64,000 nucleotides of DNA from the NCBI RefSeq assembly GCF_006345805.1, contig NC_043002.1, forward strand, positions 44,640,001-44,704,000, in the 5' to 3' direction. Below, piece after piece: positions 11,631-24,477 of the stretch (positions are counted from its first letter, which is position 1; each line of letters opens with the position of its first letter). Position numbers and translations under genes: made by a program. The notes under the pieces are model-generated. The model made no database searches. It saw only the letters and a list, made by a program, of their open reading frames with translations, and was not told the origin of the DNA. The stretch is from Octopus sinensis (taxonomy: Eukaryota).

Positions 11631-13487
11631 TTTAGAGAGACTTAGTAATTTTAATATTTTTATTAAATTCTAAAAACATTTTCTCACATTTTATTTACTA
11701 TTATGAACATGTTTTGTTATTCGTTTTTTATTTTATTCATTGTCATTTTATTTTTGAAATGTACTTTTAGAATGGCAAACTTGAAGTTGAGATCTGAACA
11801 ATCACGTCGTATTATGTGGTTTTGATTGAAGCCATTTCAATATGAACAAGTCGCCAGAAGGCGGTAGATTAGTGAATATGTTATAGAGACAGATAAAATG
11901 TCTCCTAATATTAAATTTACGTCTCTTAGCATTCTAAGATAATGTACCTGTAAGGGTCGATTATACCTCATTCATTGCAAATTAATAAAATATGTACCAG
12001 TGAAGGACTGGTATTGATATAATTTTCTAAACATCTCACCTAAAAGCCTGGCAGTGTATCTTTGTTAGAAATTAATATATTCTTGTTGTCAGAACCTTCA
12101 AATTATTACAATAAACTATTCTCTCCTCACTGAAAACATAAACTTTGTATTTACAAATTCGACCTTACCCGAAGAGGGATATTACTTCCTTTCTCTCATT
12201 AGGTTAAAATAACGTCTACTATGGTGTCACAGTTGCGGAAGCACCAATCTGAATGTCTAATATGTTCCGAATTATTTCCAGCAGACTTTATTATTATCTA
12301 AAGGTTGATAAAGTGTCAAATATATTATTACAGCGGCTGAATGGGTTATAGAGACTCCATCCTACTCTATATTTCCTATTATGAAATCGTTGAGTGAGTA
12401 TTATTCTAATTGCAAAATCAGAAGCTAAACAAGTTGAATGGATGTCTAAGCACCATTTATATGACCGACAAAGCCGACGCTTTCAGCAACGCCTACAACA
12501 GTATACATCCTGTTACATTTACAAATATTGTGTCAGCGTAAAATAATGTGTTCAATTCTATAGGCTGGACAATGTTTTGGAGTGGTTAAGCAAAGTTCAT
12601 TTGAGTTATATATAATGTATAGAAGCGGAAATTTCAGTGACATCCACACAAATTAATGGATTTTGAATTTATAATACAACATTGCAAGAGTAATTATCTG
12701 CAGCGTCTATTTTTAAAAACTATGATAAAGTTTGACTTACAATTTTACAATATGATTCTCTTGTCACTACATCAGTAAGCAAAGTGTTCGCTAATACTAA
12801 TTAGACCGAAACATGTCTGGAACATTGGGCGTAATTATTGAGGTACTGAATTTTCTTTATCCCGTATTGATTTCTTATACACGAATAACGTGCAGATGTT
12901 AGATTATCGAGGATAACAACTCTAACTTGACAGCATAACACTAACTTGACAACATAGCATTTGTAAATTTTAAAATGACGTTCGTTTGCTATTATTAAAA
13001 TCTAAAGTCCATTATTTTACTTCGAAACAAATATATCTAAAGTAAAACAGATTTGCAATTATTTTTTTTCGCTGTGTCGTGAGATTTTCTCGCATAGGTT
13101 ACTCGTTAACGATTCTCGAAAGTAGACCCCATTTTATTTTACACCAGAGTTTTTAATGATTTGTAACTTAAACGAGTGCAGTCAAGTTCACTTTAATGCA
13201 ATTTATTTTGTCAGAACTGAAATAATGCTGAGTAAATTTGTCTTCGGCGACTTTCACCTTCATAATATAAGACGTTATAAGTAAATATTAATAAGACCTT
13301 TAATGCAGAAACACACTTGTATGTTGCTTTATTACTTTCCTATTATATGTGTTTCCCTCATTAGAGTGATAGAGATGCAGCACCATATATTCTCCCTCTT
13401 CTATTATGACATTTCAACATGCCAGTGTTAATATAGTGCTTTACTTGATATATTGACATAACAATCAGCAATGTTTATACTTCGTAA

Positions 13488-14360
13488 GGCGGCGAGTTGG
13501 CAGACACGTTAGCAAGCGGGGCAAAATGCTTTACGTTCTGAGTTCAAATTCCGCCGAGGTCGACTTTGCTTTACAGCCATTCGGGGTCGATAAATTAAGT
13601 ACCAGTTGCGTACTGGGGTTGATCTAATCGACTGGACCCCCTCCCCCAAAATTTAAGGCCTTGTGCCTAGAGTAGAAAGGAATACTTATATTTCGTTTAA
13701 AGCGATAAGTTGGCAGAATCGTTAACACGCCGAGCAGAGTGCTTAGCGACATTTCGTCCGACTTTAAGCTCTGAGTTCAAATTACGTCAGAGTCGACTTT
13801 ACCTTTATCCTTGCAGGTCCGATAAAATAAGTACCAGTTGAGCAATAAGGTCCATGTAATCAACTTACTCCCTACTCCGATTTTACGATAGTGGCTAGCG
13901 TGACTTCACCATGATCGTAAGATTGTGGTTTCGATTCCTGGACCGGGCGATGTGTTGTGTTCTTCAGCAAAACACTTCATTTCACGTTGCTCTAATCCAC
14001 TCAGCTGGGAAAAATGAGTAACGCTGCGATGGACTGGCGTCCCGTCCAGCTAGGGAACACATATGTCATAGAAACTGGAAAACCGGGACCATGAGCCTGG
14101 CTAGGCTTTAAAAGGTCGCATCTATTTATTATTTATTTCTACTTTGTTCAAGGTTGTGAAGCTGGCAAAATCGTTACGGCGTTTGGAGAAAATGCTTAGC
14201 GGCATTTATTCCGACTTTATGCATTGAGTTCAACTTTACCTTTCATCTTTTCGAGATCGAGAAAAAAATAAATAAGGTACAGCAAATTGCTAAGGTTTAT
14301 TTAATTGATTTACCTTTCCCATCAAAACACTTGACCTTGGGCGAAAATTAGGAACAATAT
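13488..14360 (+). mobile_element. SINE cluster: family A at 13488-13683, 13701-13885 and 14152-14360; family C at 13890-14128
   Basis: Repeated family-A heads and bodies. Family C has GGTTTCGATTCC and GTGTTCTTCAGCAAAACACTT. Confidence 0.8.
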
Positions 14361-14499
14361 TTATACCTGATTCTCAGTAAATATTTTCAGTGAGGATATA
14401 GTTCTTTTCTATCTTTTACTAGTTTCAGTCATTAGACTGCAGCCATGCTAAAGCACCGCCTTGTAGAATTTTAATCGAACGAATTGACCTATTTTATTA

Positions 14500-14675
<176 letters not shown>

Positions 14676-14689
14676 CCTATTATGTCAAA

Positions 14690-15940
14690 ATCTGCAAGCA
14701 CTGTATGATATGCGTTAAAAGCCTTTGAAAGCGATCTTCGTTCTCTTGTGTAATAGGTATGTTGAAGAAGCGAATCGGGGCATGAAGCACATCGCATATT
14801 ATTCTTATTAAGAAAGAGCATTATTTTACTCGAAAACGAAATAGGTTTTAATGTTATCAATACATTACATACATTAACTATCACTTCAATACTGAACTAT
14901 TTGGTAATCAACTTGTAAGTTTTTCCAAACAAATGATTAAGTTTACTAGTAAGATATCTTGAAGATGCTCCGAAAGAGACTTGAGAAGAGTAGAAAAAAG
15001 TATTCCTGGCGTGGTGGACGAAAAGGTATGCAGATAGTTAGTTTAGAATTTAGAAACTATAATAATAGCTGTCGAAGGGAAAACTGGTTCCGTATGATAA
15101 TCATTGAACTGTGTTGATATGTGAGTCATGGCTAATAAACCGGATTGCTCCTTCTGCAACTTGTAAAAGAGTTTCCTTAACGATATCACTATTCCACATA
15201 TATGAATAGGTGATCAGTACTCTAACTCAGGTGACTTTTAAAATATCAGCATTTGCACATATACGAGAGTAATATTGAGTATATTAAAGTTACGCAGATG
15301 AGAATTTGGGAATAAATATATTGAGAGGGTAAAAAAAATAATGGTTTAAAAATAAATGGCATCAATGACATGCAAATCATATAGACTTGTGGCATGGGAT
15401 ACGAATACAACAAACCAAAATACCATATGTCGACTCGTTATGAATCTCTCAAAACGCAGCACAGAGAGTTCCAACAGGACTGACATCCAGTGATTGTATA
15501 TCTACAGAATAGAAGTGCGGTATCAATAGAGTGTCAGAGAAAAACTTCAAGAATATCTATATCAATGCTTCTTAATACCTTCCCAACTCAAATCTTGCTA
15601 TATGCTTTTTGAAATTGATTGCAAAAATTAATAAATCGACTAATTATTTGCAGAAATCGGGTAAGATTTTCAGCAGTTGAAATCTAAAAAGAAATTTAAT
15701 GGACACATAGATATAGAAACAGTAGATCTCATTACTAAAATGAACAACAAAAATGCTTTCAGTTGTACGACCAATATTTTTGTAAGCAGAGTACATATAT
15801 AAAAAAAATAACAGACTACGGTATGGATGTAGGTATGCCGTCCTAATATGGTAACAAAAGCAATAAATCCCCCAACCAAATGAATTGGGATTAACCTTTA
15901 TAATTTCAATGATATACATGTAAATTGATTATTATGTGTT
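14690..15940 (-). pseudogene. Possible decayed intronless class A GPCR
   Basis: Hydrophobic segments occur in GPCR order: MSVLLELSVLRFERFIT (TM3-like, ERF at 15442-15450), NIFIP..LICVTLIYSILL (TM5-like), LTICIPF (TM6-like) and CNVLITLKPISF (TM7-like). Many stops and frameshifts. Confidence 0.35.
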
Positions 15941-15963
15941 ATGTTGTCAAAAACGATATATCA

Positions 15964-16252
15964 TCTATATATATAAAACTGAGAATGTGTCTGTCAGTCT
16001 GTATGTATGTGTGCATCATTAAATCTTGAGAACTACCCAACCATGTAGAGTCATGAGCCAAAAGTAATTTCAACTTCTTGCCTAATGCGAGGCCGGAGCA
16101 ATCTCTTATTCCGGTATTAGGTATCAAAAGTGAAACAATAACATCTCCATTGTAACGTGAGATATGCATATATATATGCATATATACGTAAATATATGGA
16201 TATATATGTATATGTTTGTATGTGTATATGTGTGTAAGGTAAAAATAGGGCG
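15964..16252 (+). mobile_element. Helitron-like 5' fragment
   Basis: A|TCTATATATATAAAACTGAGAATGTGTCTGTCAGTCTG has the same terminal layout as the TC end of the 9724-10107 element. Confidence 0.5.
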
Positions 16253-18660
16253 ATATTGTGGGGGGATTTGTTGTCTGTAAACTGTACATCTCTTTCGCAT
16301 CGAATTTCCTGTTGAGTCAATGAAATTTCGATTGCAGCCCGAGCATCTGATTACGAAAATGAGGTTTTGGGAGGAGTAAATGAAGTTAGATTTGATCCTG
16401 AATATTTTTCCTTGTCTGAAATGGAATCCCGATCCTTCCAACAGACTGGGACATGTTTTGCAATTAGGGCGACCACACTTCACGACTCCTGCATCCGTTG
16501 TTCTAGAGAATAGTTTGGGATTGATGAGAATTTTCTTCAATGTCTTAGGCTGTTTGTCGCTATTAATAATTTTATGGTTACGTAGAATCTCCTTAAGTTT
16601 GGGGTCCCTATAGAGTATTGGAAGATTTTGGACGATGATATTGAATGCTTCTTTATTTCTGTGGCTGTATGTGGAGATATAAGGTAGTGCTTTGAGGGTA
16701 GATGTGTTGCTGAGCTCGGTGTTTCTTACTGTTTTAATATTAATCGATTTTACACGTTTAATTCCATTTTCTATGAGTTGAATTGGGTACTGCCTGTCCT
16801 GGAGTACATTTTTAAGCTATTTCAATCTTAGTTCTCTGGTATTTTGTTTTATATTATGGTGCAAACCCTCCTCGCAAGGCTGAAGTGTATATTTGTTTTG
16901 ATATGCCTCGGGTGGCATGAGCTACGTAATAGATAATGTCTAGCGTCTGTGGTCTTGCAAAAAATGTATGTTTCATTTTATTTTTGCTTATTTTTAAAAT
17001 CAGGGTGTCTAGGAATGGCAGTTCCTCGTGATTGTGTTACATTGTCAATTGTATGGTGGTGTTAAAGTTATTGAGAAGTCTTTTAAACTCCAAGAGCTTA
17101 TCTATGTTTTCATTCCAAAGGATGGAGCAGCGTCCAAAAGTTTTTTCCAATTTTCTTTTATGTATTGGAAGAGAGTGCTACCAAATTTTCAAAATGACTC
17201 CTGATATATTGTTATTTCTAAATAACCCATTGTTAGACTGGCAATGGTTGGGGCTACCCTGGTTTCCATTGCAATTTCAGATTTTTGGCGATAAACAGTG
17301 GTGTCAAACATGAAATGGTTGTTTTGGAGGATGAATTTAATTGATTCGATTATGAAGTCTCTGTTGATCCGTTCTGGTATTTCTTCTGGATATTTGTCCA
17401 ACCAGAAACTGATTGCTTCTATTCCATAACTACGGTGTATGTTAGGGTATAAATTAATCACAGAAGAGAGTGCTGCCAAATTTTCAAAATGACTCCTGAT
17501 ATATTGTTATTTCTAAATAACCCATTGTTAGACTGGCAATGGTTGGGGCTACCCTGGTTTCCATTGCAATTTCAGATTTTTGGCGATAAACAGTGGTGTC
17601 AAACATGAAATGGTTGTTTTGGAGGGTGAATTTAATTGATTCGATTATGAAGTCTCTGTTGATCCGTTCTGGTATTTCTTCTGGATATTTGTCCAACCAG
17701 AAACTGATTGCTTCTATTCCATAACTACGGTGTATGTTAGGGTATAAATTAATCACATCGAATGATACCATGATTGTTTCCTCCTCGATCCTTTCTGGAA
17801 GGTGATTTAACATATCTAAGTCACATCTAATATGATTATTGATATATTTTAGAAATAGTTTCAGGAGAATATCCATGAAGGAATTTAATCTATGTGTTTC
17901 AAAGGAAGGTCCAGCAACAATGGGCAGTAATTTTAGGCTTGCTGGTGTTGGTGTATGCATGTATGCATTTGGAGATTTTTTTTTATGGTTTCGTTTATAG
18001 TTTGTTTTTTTTTTGTAAATTTTAGGTAGACCGTAGAAAAAGCTGGGTTTACATTTAAAGTTTGTCAAATAGTCTATTTCTTCTTTAGTTAGGTTTTTTC
18101 CGTGGATTTATATTATTGAAAATATGTTTTTCATTATTTCTTAGGGGTGCAATTGTTGACCTCTTCGTAGTGTTCGTCATTATTAAGTATGGATACTACT
18201 AGATTTTTGTAGTAAAATGTATACATTGCTACTACTGGACTTCCTTTATCCGCTTCTTTGATTATTCTTTATTATTTCTTCATTGTTCAGTTAGTTATTT
18301 CCATTGAGTGGTGCTGAGATTTGAAGTAATTTGAAGTAATTTTTGTTTTTGCAGGGCGTGGGAGGGGAAATTTTCGATGTGCTAACAAAATTCATCGAGA
18401 TTTTTTCTGTCTTTGTGGGGAAATGTATTCACTTCTGTTTTTGACTAGTGAATCCTCTTCGCTTTTATAATCAGCCAGTGCTTTTGTAAGCCATAATTTC
18501 CTACAAAATTCTGGAACACTGTCCTTGATCTCATTTGGGGTGAATTTTGACCCTTTAGATAGGATATCGATCTTTGTGGATGAGAGGGGTTTACATGACA
18601 GGTTAATTACCTTCGGTTTCTCCTGTGTATCAATTTCCAACCTGTGACCCGTTTTCCCTG
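16253..18660 (-). mobile_element. Penelope-like element: RT plus GIY-YIG endonuclease, decayed
   Basis: ORF 17484-18068 has FYGLPKIYK, LLPIVAGP, VSFDVINLYPNI and AMETRVAPTIASLTMGYLE. A degenerate LDDCSILW box lies near 17125-17150. ORF 16124-16540 has KCGRPNCKTC...NLIFVIRCSGCNRNFIDST. Confidence 0.9.
17168..17757. repeat. 295-bp tandem duplication inside the PLE RT
   Basis: 17168-17462 and 17463-17757 are almost identical. Twin ORF ends ...LEITIYQESF appear in the ORF track. Confidence 0.95.
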
Positions 18661-18956
18661 GCGTGTGGCTTCAACACATGTAACACTGAATAAAGAAGCT
18701 TCATTTATCCAAAAATATAAAGCAGAATTAAATATGAAACCATATTAAAAATAAAGGACTTACCCGATCTAATGGAAGATGTAAGCCAGAATAAAGCACA
18801 AAAAATGTAGCAATACTGTCAGAGCATTCATACAAAGTGCTCGTGGAATGTATTTTGCAAAATAACTTCCAAGGGGCACATAATTGTTTGGGGATTGTAA
18901 ATATTATAACTGTGATAACATAATAATAGTGTGATATATATATATATAATATATAT

Positions 18957-19028
<72 letters not shown>

Positions 19029-19070
19029 TGTATGTATGTATGTATGTATGTATGTATGTATATATATATA

Positions 19071-19331
19071 TCTTTTACTTGTTTCAATCATTTGACTGCG
19101 GCCATGCTGGAGCACCGCCTTGAATATTTTTAGTCGAAGATATCGAACCCAGGACTTATGTTTCCTTTAAGCCTAGTACTTATTCTATGGGTCTATTTTT
19201 CTGCTAAGTTACGGAGTCGTAAGCACACTGCACTGGTCGCCACGCAGACAAACACAGATACAAAGGCATTCACAAGTAAATACATAAGTAATACATACAT
19301 ACATACATACATACATACATACATACATACA

Positions 19332-19364
<33 letters not shown>

Positions 19365-19465
19365 TTATACGACGGACTTCTTTCAGTTTCCGTCTACCAA
19401 GTCCACTCACAAGAAGTAGAAGACAATTGCTCAAGGTGCCACGCAGTGGAACTGAACTAGGAACC
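19071..19465 (-). mobile_element. SINE family B (internally deleted), with (ATAC)n
   Basis: Matches 8463-8945 and 33276-33722. Confidence 0.85.
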
Positions 19466-19552
19466 ATATATATATATATATTCATTCGCCATGTTGGACC
19501 ACTAAACTGAACACGTTTTTCTTTCATTCTCTCTATTTATTTCCTCTTATTC

Positions 19553-19589
19553 CTTTCTGTCGAAGAGCCTACACTTGAAATGTAAAAGT
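19553..19589 (+). ncRNA. Strongly degenerate hammerhead-like motif in a pLTR-like fragment
   Basis: CTTT-CTGTCGA-AGAGC..-GAAATGTA-AAAG. Same layout as 61913-61952. Confidence 0.35.
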
Positions 19590-20560
19590 GTTTTCCATTT
19601 TTCCCGAGAGCCAAACTAAAACACTTGCTTATTGTTCCTACACCTGTCTTCGTCTGTGATGTTTCATTCTGTGCATCGGTATAACAGAGTTGGAGATTTC
19701 TAGAAACTATTAACTAATTTTATGATAGCATAACTTATTACATACACACACACACATACATTGTCTCTCATGACAAAGTGGCTGTAATATGGAACATGCC
19801 GTGTCACATAAACAATAATATTACTTGGCAATGTACAATATATCATAGTTAAAGACCACTAGTAAAACTTTTGTAAGAAGTAGAGAATATACTCCAATAA
19901 AAATTCTAGAAATATAGATAATCTAAAAGTGAAGATAAGAGAAGGAAACTTTATAGGTTACAAAGCATACAGTAAATAGACTTAACCGTACACTATGCAT
20001 GTATTACGTATGACATTCTCAATAAATAATTTTAATACAAAAACATAATACAAAAGCATGAAGGTACGATAGTCTATATCTTATAATCTCATATGAGGAA
20101 CGAAGTTAAGCAGCACCACCATATATTAATATCACAAATAATCCATATTTTGTTGCTGTTTATTTTTCATTGCTCTATATAGGGGCTCATTGATATCTTA
20201 CACAAATATGTCGTTATAATTCAACATGCTATATATCGCCACCTTAAAAACATGAGGGAATATTTAATGCCTATAATCTGTGTGTTTGTGTGTGTTTGTT
20301 CTTTTATTTATTCTTTTAATGATTTCTTGGTTTTCTTTTGTGTATTCTTATGACTGCAGTATGATCAGTTTGTAGGAGCTGATCTTACTTGAGTTTAACC
20401 TAGCGATTTCACCGTTGTCCTAATTATTAGTATTACCATCATCACTGCATATTTGCATGATTCCTCTCTCCACCTCAACCCTGTATTTTTTCTGCATTTA
20501 TAGACCTAACATATTTACTAGTCACCTCTAAGCAGCTGAACAACTGGCCATTGGCCATGG

Positions 20561-20868
20561 GGGGGACCCCCTTCGGTCACGACACTGACCATGGGATTGC
20601 ACCTAGAAAGTTACCCTCCTAGTTACAAGTCTGGGCAAGGTGGTTTATGGAAGACCAGCAGTCGCCCATGCATACCGGCCTCCCCTCTCCACGCCACCAG
20701 TGTTTTCCAAGGGAAAGGCAACGGCCGATACAGCTTGGCACCAGTGACGTCGCAACTCATTTCTACAGCTGAGTGAACTGGAGCAACATGAAATAAAGTG
20801 TCTTGCTCAAGAACACAACACGCAGCTCGGTCCGGGATTCGAGCTCACAACCTCACGATCGTAAGCCA
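20561..20868 (-). mobile_element. SINE family C variant
   Basis: Reverse strand has tRNA-like GAGCTCGAATCCCGGACC and GTGTTCTTGAGCAAGACACTTTATTTCATGTTGCTCCAG, similar to 13890-14128. Confidence 0.7.
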
Positions 20869-20880
20869 TTGGCCATACAG

Positions 20881-20921
<41 letters not shown>

Positions 20922-20963
20922 TCATATAGATAGATAGTTAGATATAAAACATCAGGTGTGTTA

Positions 20964-20996
<33 letters not shown>

Positions 20997-21177
20997 TAAA
21001 TTAGAGATAAAACTACTATTAGGCAAATCAAACAGTGAAAAACATAAACCAAAACATAGAAACAAAATTATTTAATATAATATACAAAATATATAAAATA
21101 TAAAATTCAAAATTTAAATTATTTGAATTTAAAGTTAAAATTTACAAAATTTTTAAATTATTAATTTATACTTATAA

Positions 21178-21213
<36 letters not shown>

Positions 21214-21235
21214 TATTATTATTTTTATTCAACAT

Positions 21236-21318
<83 letters not shown>

Positions 21319-21333
21319 TAAAACATCAGGTGA

Positions 21334-21402
<69 letters not shown>

Positions 21403-22687
21403 GAAAACCTTGTTTCATGGTCGGATCATCGACCAGTCCATCCTGGTTAATGACTTACTAGGAACCCAGAGACTACAAAATCAAAAACATATCAAACACG
21501 AATGAGTCTAACATAGCATCGATGACTACTTAGCAATAGTGTATCTGGCATTCAAATACTTGATGTCGTCAACGAGCGTGCTGTAGACCCACTTAGGGAG
21601 TGACGGCAGTATGCGTCATTACCCTTCTTCTACTAGGGTTTTGGAATCTGTCGTTTATACCTCAGTAAGAGCTGTGGTACTAATATTTGGATAGCAAATA
21701 ATAAATTTGATGGTGTGTGCATTAATTGGCTACACACTGAACAACGATGATTTGTGCGTACAAGTACATGTTGAATATAACTGTAAACACAGCATCATAA
21801 CATCTTGGTGTGTTTTGATGCACATTGAGCATTTTAAAGGATTTCATTCTCGAAACAATTTCCGCATTGAAGGTCGTTCTGAGTGTCTTTTTTGTGTTGT
21901 ATATTGCTGAAGTCTTTATTAGCTTCTGTTATGAGTTGTATAAAGCGTCGGCAGCATACCAGATGTTGTAAGTATATTTATCCTTCATACCGTAATAAGC
22001 AATGCTGTTACGATGAACAAATAGGCACCAGTTAATACAGCTGGTATGAGCCGTTTAATTAACATATATTTATATAGAAAATGTATAGAGTTAAATACCC
22101 GACAAACAGAATCTTCAATACGGTTTAAATTTCTGTTGAATGCTATTTCCTTTTATATTTATAGTGAATTCTTTTCAGTAAATCATGAACATGCCATTTA
22201 TCTTATCACTGCTTTAGAAAATATCAGAACAGATAATTGCTATATTGAAAAGCGATTTCATGAATAGTAGTTTTGTGAAATGCGCTCGCTACGACTATAT
22301 CCCCATGTAAGATTTTGAATTTAATATCATTTAAGCAAATATTTATTATATTGAAACACCGGAGCAAACAATATTTGTTCTTTATTCAGTACTACTTAGG
22401 CAGTTTGTAATGATTCTCAGTGTGTCAATATTGACAATTCTGAAAATCTATAACACACATTTGTTGAAGTTGTCTTTAAATAAATGTTAGTATCATACGT
22501 CTGTTTTCTCACTTTCGCTATCTATCTAAATATATTGTTGACACCAATATATATATTGGTAAGGTGAACAGAATTATTGATACTGTTGTTACCTTGGCAA
22601 AAATATTAATTCAACACAATTAATTTTACGTTTATCAATTTGATTTGCAAGATCACTGATATGAAATCATGTGTTGAAACAGATATT

Positions 22688-22895
22688 GTTGTATTTCGGG
22701 CTAGTCATATTTTTTCCCAAATAAACACACGCACTATATATTTTTTCTTCGCTCGTTTATTACTGTTCTTATTTATTATATTTTAACTCATGTCCATTAA
22801 AATAATAATATAAGAACAGTAATAAACGAGTGAAGAAAAAATATATAGTGCGTGTGTTTATTTTACAGAAAAAAATGACCGTCCTGAAATACAAC
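22688..22895. mobile_element. MITE-like foldback with about 90-bp inverted arms
   Basis: 22688-22779 is the near reverse complement of 22801-22895 (core TAAACACACGCACTATATATTTTTTCTTC / GAAGAAAAAATATATAGTGCGTGTGTTTA). Confidence 0.85.
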
Positions 22896-23339
22896 ACTAC
22901 TAGGATTAATTAATACATTTAAGTTGAGAAAACAAAAACTGAAATTATAAATAGATACAACATAAAAAACAGTATCGTGCTCATAAATATGTATCAAAGT
23001 AGGGCGGAAGATACATAGAGTAATTAGAACGTCAGTAAATGCTTTGCTGTATTACTGACTTCAAATCTCGCGATTTGCATTTAATCCCGCCAGAATCGAT
23101 TAATCATAGTACAAATCAAGTAATAGAATCAATCAAGTTCACTAACCTCCTCAAGACTGCTGACCTTATGCCTAATGATAATAAATTGTTATGTAGTAAA
23201 GTCACTACATTTCTCGTGACAACAGCAATATATATAAGAGCATATTACAAAACAGCGCCCCAAAGGCTTAGATTGTTGAGAAGTTGTTGCGTTCTGAGAA
23301 TAAAACCCGTCGTTTTCTTTAACATAAATATCTGATACC

Positions 23340-24060
23340 TTGAGACTTGAGTGTTTTACTGCAGTCCATTTCGCTGCAAGCATTCGGGTTAGGTCACCGA
23401 TAAGAGAGTAACATCCTCCTTTCGTCCTTTCCATAAGTCTCGGAGACATTGGATAGATGCATAGGCAGTACCTTCCTAACATGATCAACCTCCCTAATGG
23501 TACACAACTACTCGTATCAGTCGTGGGCAGAAAGCAGATGCGCTTTGTAGCAAGACAAATCACTCCAAAGCTATCCGTCCCATGCAAATAAAAGGAAACT
23601 CCTCTCCCCGCTGCTGCAGACATCTCTAATACAACAACAGCTTCAACAGAGGAGCAGAAGGAGAGATTCATTCAACATCTGAAGCAAGCGCCGGTACCAC
23701 ACCGAAAAAAAAACACAATAACATCACCTGCACCATCGTAATCCAAAAAAACTCACCCACACGAGTCAACCAGACCACCACCTTAGAAATACGCGAACCT
23801 GTCATAAAAAGTCGTCTGGCGAGAAAAAGTTTGGGTAATACCAACAGAATGGATCCAGGTCAAACAGAAAAAGAAAGAAAATACAAAATGAAAAGCCCGG
23901 TATGAGACTAAAACAATGAGAGTAGAGGCGGAGACACAGAAACCACAAATTTATCAGGCACCTAAACACTCGACACCAACAAAATTACAAACACCACCGA
24001 CATTACAAGCACCTCAACAATCGAAAACAAATAGCAATCCAATAATATAAACAGCATTCT
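23340..24060 (+). mobile_element. Decayed LINE ORF1 remnant related to the array ORF1
   Basis: YLPNMINLPNGTQLLVSVVGRKQ resembles NIPEELVYPDETRLRVVVEGRPPIC of ORF 56055-57398, followed by a low-complexity T/K-rich tail. Confidence 0.5.
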
Positions 24061-24477
24061 GAAGACATCATCTGTTACACGGTGATAGACGCAAGAACTT
24101 AATAAAACATATTAAAATATACATAGAGATTACTCTAAATGAATAAATGAAATAAATGAATACACCTAATTGAATAAATGAATACATGAATACACCTAAA
24201 TAAATGGGTACATCTGAATGAATACATCACATCCCTGCATAAAACCCCTATTCATGTCAAAATTATTTAAAAAAACGAGGCGTACTTACAACAAACAGAA
24301 AGCAAAATATCACAAAGCAATGGGAAATTTCAGTAAGACCATAAACAAATGAGACTGCAAAGAAATGCTTGTGGAGATGCGCACATAGCCAGAAAGACAA
24401 CACCTGTCTCTCCACAGAAGTAGAGTAAGTCATTTTTCCACTCTCTTTCTCTCTGACAAACATGGCCTTGTTCAGAA

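Noticed and set aside
18815-18850. CTGTCA-GAGCA...TGCTC-GTGGAA as the hammerhead of the 16-18 kb PLE
   Set aside because: A stem is present but both core motifs are too far from CUGAUGA and GAAA.
21400-21960. Unique-looking sequence starting CTAG after (TA)n, as a Helitron end or coding fragment
   Set aside because: No recognisable protein motif or matching terminus was found by eye, so it is left unannotated.
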